From Heterodontus francisci (Eukaryota), in NCBI RefSeq assembly GCF_036365525.1, contig NC_090394.1, positions 41,313,367 through 41,377,366 on the forward strand: 64,000 nucleotides of DNA, read 5' to 3'. A program made the position numbers and the translations under genes. Shown in pieces: positions 61,501 to 64,000 of this stretch; the first letter of the stretch is position 1; the number at the start of each line of letters is the position of its first letter. A model generated the notes under the pieces. The model was given only the letters and a program-made list of their open reading frames with translations, searched no databases and was not told where the DNA came from.

Positions 61501-63391
61501 CTACATAACATGCTCAATGGGCTGAATGGCCTCCTGTTCCTGTGTAACAGGCCCGATGGGCTGAATGACCTACTCCTCCTCCTATGTTCCTAACATGCTC
61601 GATTGGCTGATTGGCCTCCTCCTGTTCCTGTGTAACAGGCTTGAGGGGTGAAATGGCCTCCTCCTGTTTCTGTGTAACAGGCTCGATGGGCTGAATGGCC
61701 TCCTCCTGTGTTTCTATGACTGATTCTGAAGCATAAGCACTTGCAGTGAAGCTCTGACTGGCTGGGCCTCTCCCTGTTCTTTACTGTTGTGTGATTTGTT
61801 TGTTTTTTCCAGCGGTTATGTGGTTTTGTTCAGCAAGCCAATGACTTGGTCGCTCTACCTTGCCTCCATCCTCATTGGATTCGCTGCAGCTGGTGAGTGG
61901 AATGCTCAGCACTTCCTGTCCAATTATTTCCAAATTTCAGTACCAGTGTATCTCCTGTCCTAACCTGAGGGACCTTGTCCCCCTCCCACCCCACCCTGGG
62001 GTACAATTTCACCGGAACCCCCCTCAAGTGCTTTAAGCAAGTGGTCAATCTTTGTGCTTGAGCCTGGACATTGAGGGTCCACAGGCTATTGAACTGGGCG
62101 GGGAGTGGGGGCAGGGGCTGCAGCCAACTCTGTTCATAGCCTCACCAGATGTCCATGCTTCCAATTAACCAGGGCAGCAACAGGATTGGCAATGCTGGCA
62201 GTCTTTCTGTTCCCCGTCCACTTCCCTATGCCAGGGTCTCCAAGCCCAGCTGTAATGTTCTGACCACTATCTCACCACAGATCAGCTAACTATTCTTCCT
62301 GCTCTTTCAGTGCTCTGGACAGCTCAGGGGAGTTTCCTTATCTTGAACTCTGACTACACCACTATCAACAGAAACACTGGCATCTTCTGGGCTCTGTTAC
62401 AGGGCAGGTAAGGGAACTGCAGACCCCAGCAAGAGCTGGGCAACATAGCTCTAGGCAGATCCTTTAGTATTCTTCCTGGAGACCCAACACGGTAAACTAA
62501 TGATTATGGTAACTCAGAGATCATGAGTTCAAATTCTGCCATGGTAAATTGGCAGGATTGAACTCAATAAACCTAATACTTTTCAGATGAGCTGATGGCT
62601 GTAAAATCCCTTAAAGTGCTTCAGCCGGAGCTCTGTTCTGGAGGGGTATGATAGTGAGGGTGAGGGTCAGGGCAGGGTCACAGGTTGTGAGAGTGCAGGT
62701 GGGGTGTGTGGGTGAGGGTCAGGATGGGATTGCAGGGTGTAAGGGTGAGGGTCAGGGCAGGGTCGCAGTGGGGGAGGGTGGGGTTGTGGGGTGTGAGTGA
62801 CGGCAGAATTGCAGGATGTGATGTTGAGGGTCAGGGCAGGGTCGGGTGTGAGAATGAGGGCAGGGTAGTGAGGGTGAGGGCGCGGTCGCAGGTGGGGTCG
62901 GGGGTGATATGGTAAGGATAAGGGTGTCCATGGGGGCAAATTTTCTTCCCCCATTTGGGCTATCATGGAGTGGACCCTCCCCTCCCTTATAGATAGTAAT
63001 TTACAACACAAAAGGAGGCTATTTGGCTCATTGTGCCTGTGCTCAATTTTAATGGGAGGAGGGGCGTGTGGAGCATAAACACCAGCATGGACCAGGTGGG
63101 CCAAATGGTCTGTTTCCGTGCTGTAAATTGTATGTAATTCTACATGTCCTGGAACATTGAAACACGGATCTGAGCGTAAAAGAGATATTGATTTTCCAGT
63201 ATTGTCAATCCTTTTACAGGTGCCTGCCCCATATTGAGCTGCTGTGAGGGGATTCTGAGTCCTGCTGTTTTGCTCTGTGTGACTGATGCAGTCTAGTGCC
63301 TCTAATCTGAATGGTTCAATATATTTTTATAGCATGCTGTTTGGGAACCTCTATGTTTACCTGCAATGGAGAGACGCAACAGTGATCTCAG
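49412..63391 (+). CDS. MFSD11: UNC93-like MFS protein of the MFSD11 family (MFSD11-like), exons 1-6; 3' part beyond the window
   Basis: Exons 49412-49501, 56396-56451, 60620-60727, 61813-61892, 62311-62407, 63333-63391 join in frame with GT-AG: MGDRRLINVYLLGVGFMLIFTAFTTCGNIE/QTVIRSLTNTSFSGSGYNS/LAIIYGVFSASNLIAPSVVAVVGPKLSMVFSGVVYS/GYVVLFSKPMTWSLYLASILIGFAAA/VLWTAQGSFLILNSDYTTINRNTGIFWALLQGS/MLFGNLYVYLQWRDATVIS. Possibly a paralog rather than the orthologue. Confidence 0.92.
49570..50080 (-). mobile_element. Penelope-like remnant in MFSD11-like intron 1 (hammerhead core deleted)
   Basis: FPCKCRKCNICPF-like linker; ctcagcaggtctggcagcatctgtggagagag terminal repeat. Confidence 0.6.
51375..53830 (-). 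mobile_element. Decayed CR1 with a nested plus-strand CR1 3' fragment (~51735-52265)
   Basis: NLIRFFEEVTK...YMDFQKAFD on minus; RRLRGDLIEVFKIMKG on plus. Confidence 0.82.
53830..55865 (-). mobile_element. Relatively young CR1 ORF2 3' part
   Basis: 284-aa ORF with SCLTNLLEFF, FTIYINDLD and SKFADDTKLG; CR1 tail. Confidence 0.92.
56030..56377 (+). mobile_element. Deu SINE directly upstream of the MFSD11-like exon 2 acceptor
   Basis: gtctttcagatgagacgttaaacc...aaagatcccatg core. Confidence 0.7.
56396..56451 (+). CDS. MFSD11-like exon 2
   Basis: ttttgcag|CAAACG...AACAG|gtatga; QTVIRSL...GSGY. Confidence 0.92.
56540..59430 (+). mobile_element. Near-complete CR1 ORF2 (APE + RT) with a few frameshifts
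   Basis: NAHSI, AITETWL, VGDFN, SSNH (catalytic SDH altered), AKFADDTKVG; highly similar to 21260-23103. Confidence 0.95.
60620..60727 (+). CDS. MFSD11-like exon 3
   Basis: ttgccag|CCTCGCC...TACAG|gtaaga; AIIYGVFSASNLIAPSVV. Confidence 0.94.
61507..61718 (+). repeat. Tandem array (~5 x ~40 bp) of a CR1 3'-tail-derived unit
   Basis: aacaggctcgatgggctgaatggcctcctcctgttcctgtgt variants. Confidence 0.85.
61813..61892 (+). CDS. MFSD11-like exon 4
   Basis: ttttccag|CGGTTAT...GCTG|gtgagt. Confidence 0.92.
62311..62407 (+). CDS. MFSD11-like exon 5
   Basis: ctttcag|TGCTCTGG...GGCAG|gtaagg; UNC93-type LWTAQG and GIFWAL motifs. Confidence 0.95.
62650..62930 (+). repeat. G-rich low-complexity repeat (gagggt/cagggc) in MFSD11-like intron 5
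   Basis: Many GGG runs with 6-nt periodicity. Confidence 0.8.
63333..63391 (+). CDS. MFSD11-like exon 6
   Basis: tttatag|CATGCTG...CTCAG|gtaaag; SMLFGNLYVY. Confidence 0.92.
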
Positions 63392-63849
63392 GTAAAGAAC
63401 TGACTTTGCTTCCTGGTTTATGTATGGGGGAGGGTGGAGGAAGTGAGGAATGGAGGGCTTTGACAGGGGCTTTGGGGATAAGTGGGTTTTGGGATCATGG
63501 GAGGGTGGGGCGGAGAGTCATGGTGGGAAAGTGACAGGGTAACAAGGGTGATGGAGGCTAACAGGGTGTTTGGAAGAGTTGGTGGGAGTGGAGGAGTGAG
63601 GGAGCATTTAGGATGCGGGGGCCTTGAGCAAAGGCCCAACTTGGGGCCTCAGCACTTCACTAGACAATGATATTAAATTCAGCCAAGTTAATATGGATCC
63701 ACTCAGCCCCCTCTGACCATTGCGGGGTGTCTGACCCACTCGTGGGGCCATTGCATGATCTGTACATGGCCCCCACAAGCTCAGGCTCTGAGTGATATTA
63801 AAGGGTAACAACTCGCTGCGAGACAGGTTCCACTGGTACAGGATCTCGC

Positions 63850-64000
63850 CTCCTGAAGGTCATGGGTTTGAGCCTGTCACCAGAGACTTGAGTCCATACT
63901 CTATAGTATGACACTCTACAGCAGTACTGAGGAGGTGCTGCACTGTTTTAGGTGCTGTCGTTTGAATGAGCCATTAAACATTTGGGCGGCACAGTGGCGC
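63850..64000 (+). mobile_element. Deu SINE 5' part followed by the start of another HE1-like SINE at the window edge
   Basis: cagtactgaggaggtgctgcactg...; gggcggcacagtggcgc at 63984-64000. Confidence 0.65.

Overview
Eukaryotic DNA, almost certainly from a cartilaginous fish (shark-like: dense CR1 LINEs, HE1-type V-SINEs, Deu-domain SINEs). Three spliced genes can be reconstructed by hand. (1) A complete 7-exon UBFD1 on the minus strand (CDS 42526->17679, 292 aa, all GT-AG, phases consistent). (2) The first 6 exons of an UNC93-like MFSD11-family gene on the plus strand (49412->63391, continuing past the window), divergent from UBFD1. (3) The first exon (signal-peptide-like) of an unidentified minus-strand gene at 14584-14649, with a strong-Kozak uORF. 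Most of the rest is nested, decayed mobile DNA: CR1, RTE, L2-like, Penelope-like, a probable solo LTR, a hAT MITE and SINEs. Most notable: an ORF1-less LINE with a tRNA-derived Pol III-type head plus a short head+tail derivative, and minimal hammerhead-ribozyme motifs in Penelope-like repeats flanking the UBFD1 promoter. Repeat boundaries are approximate and no database searches were run.
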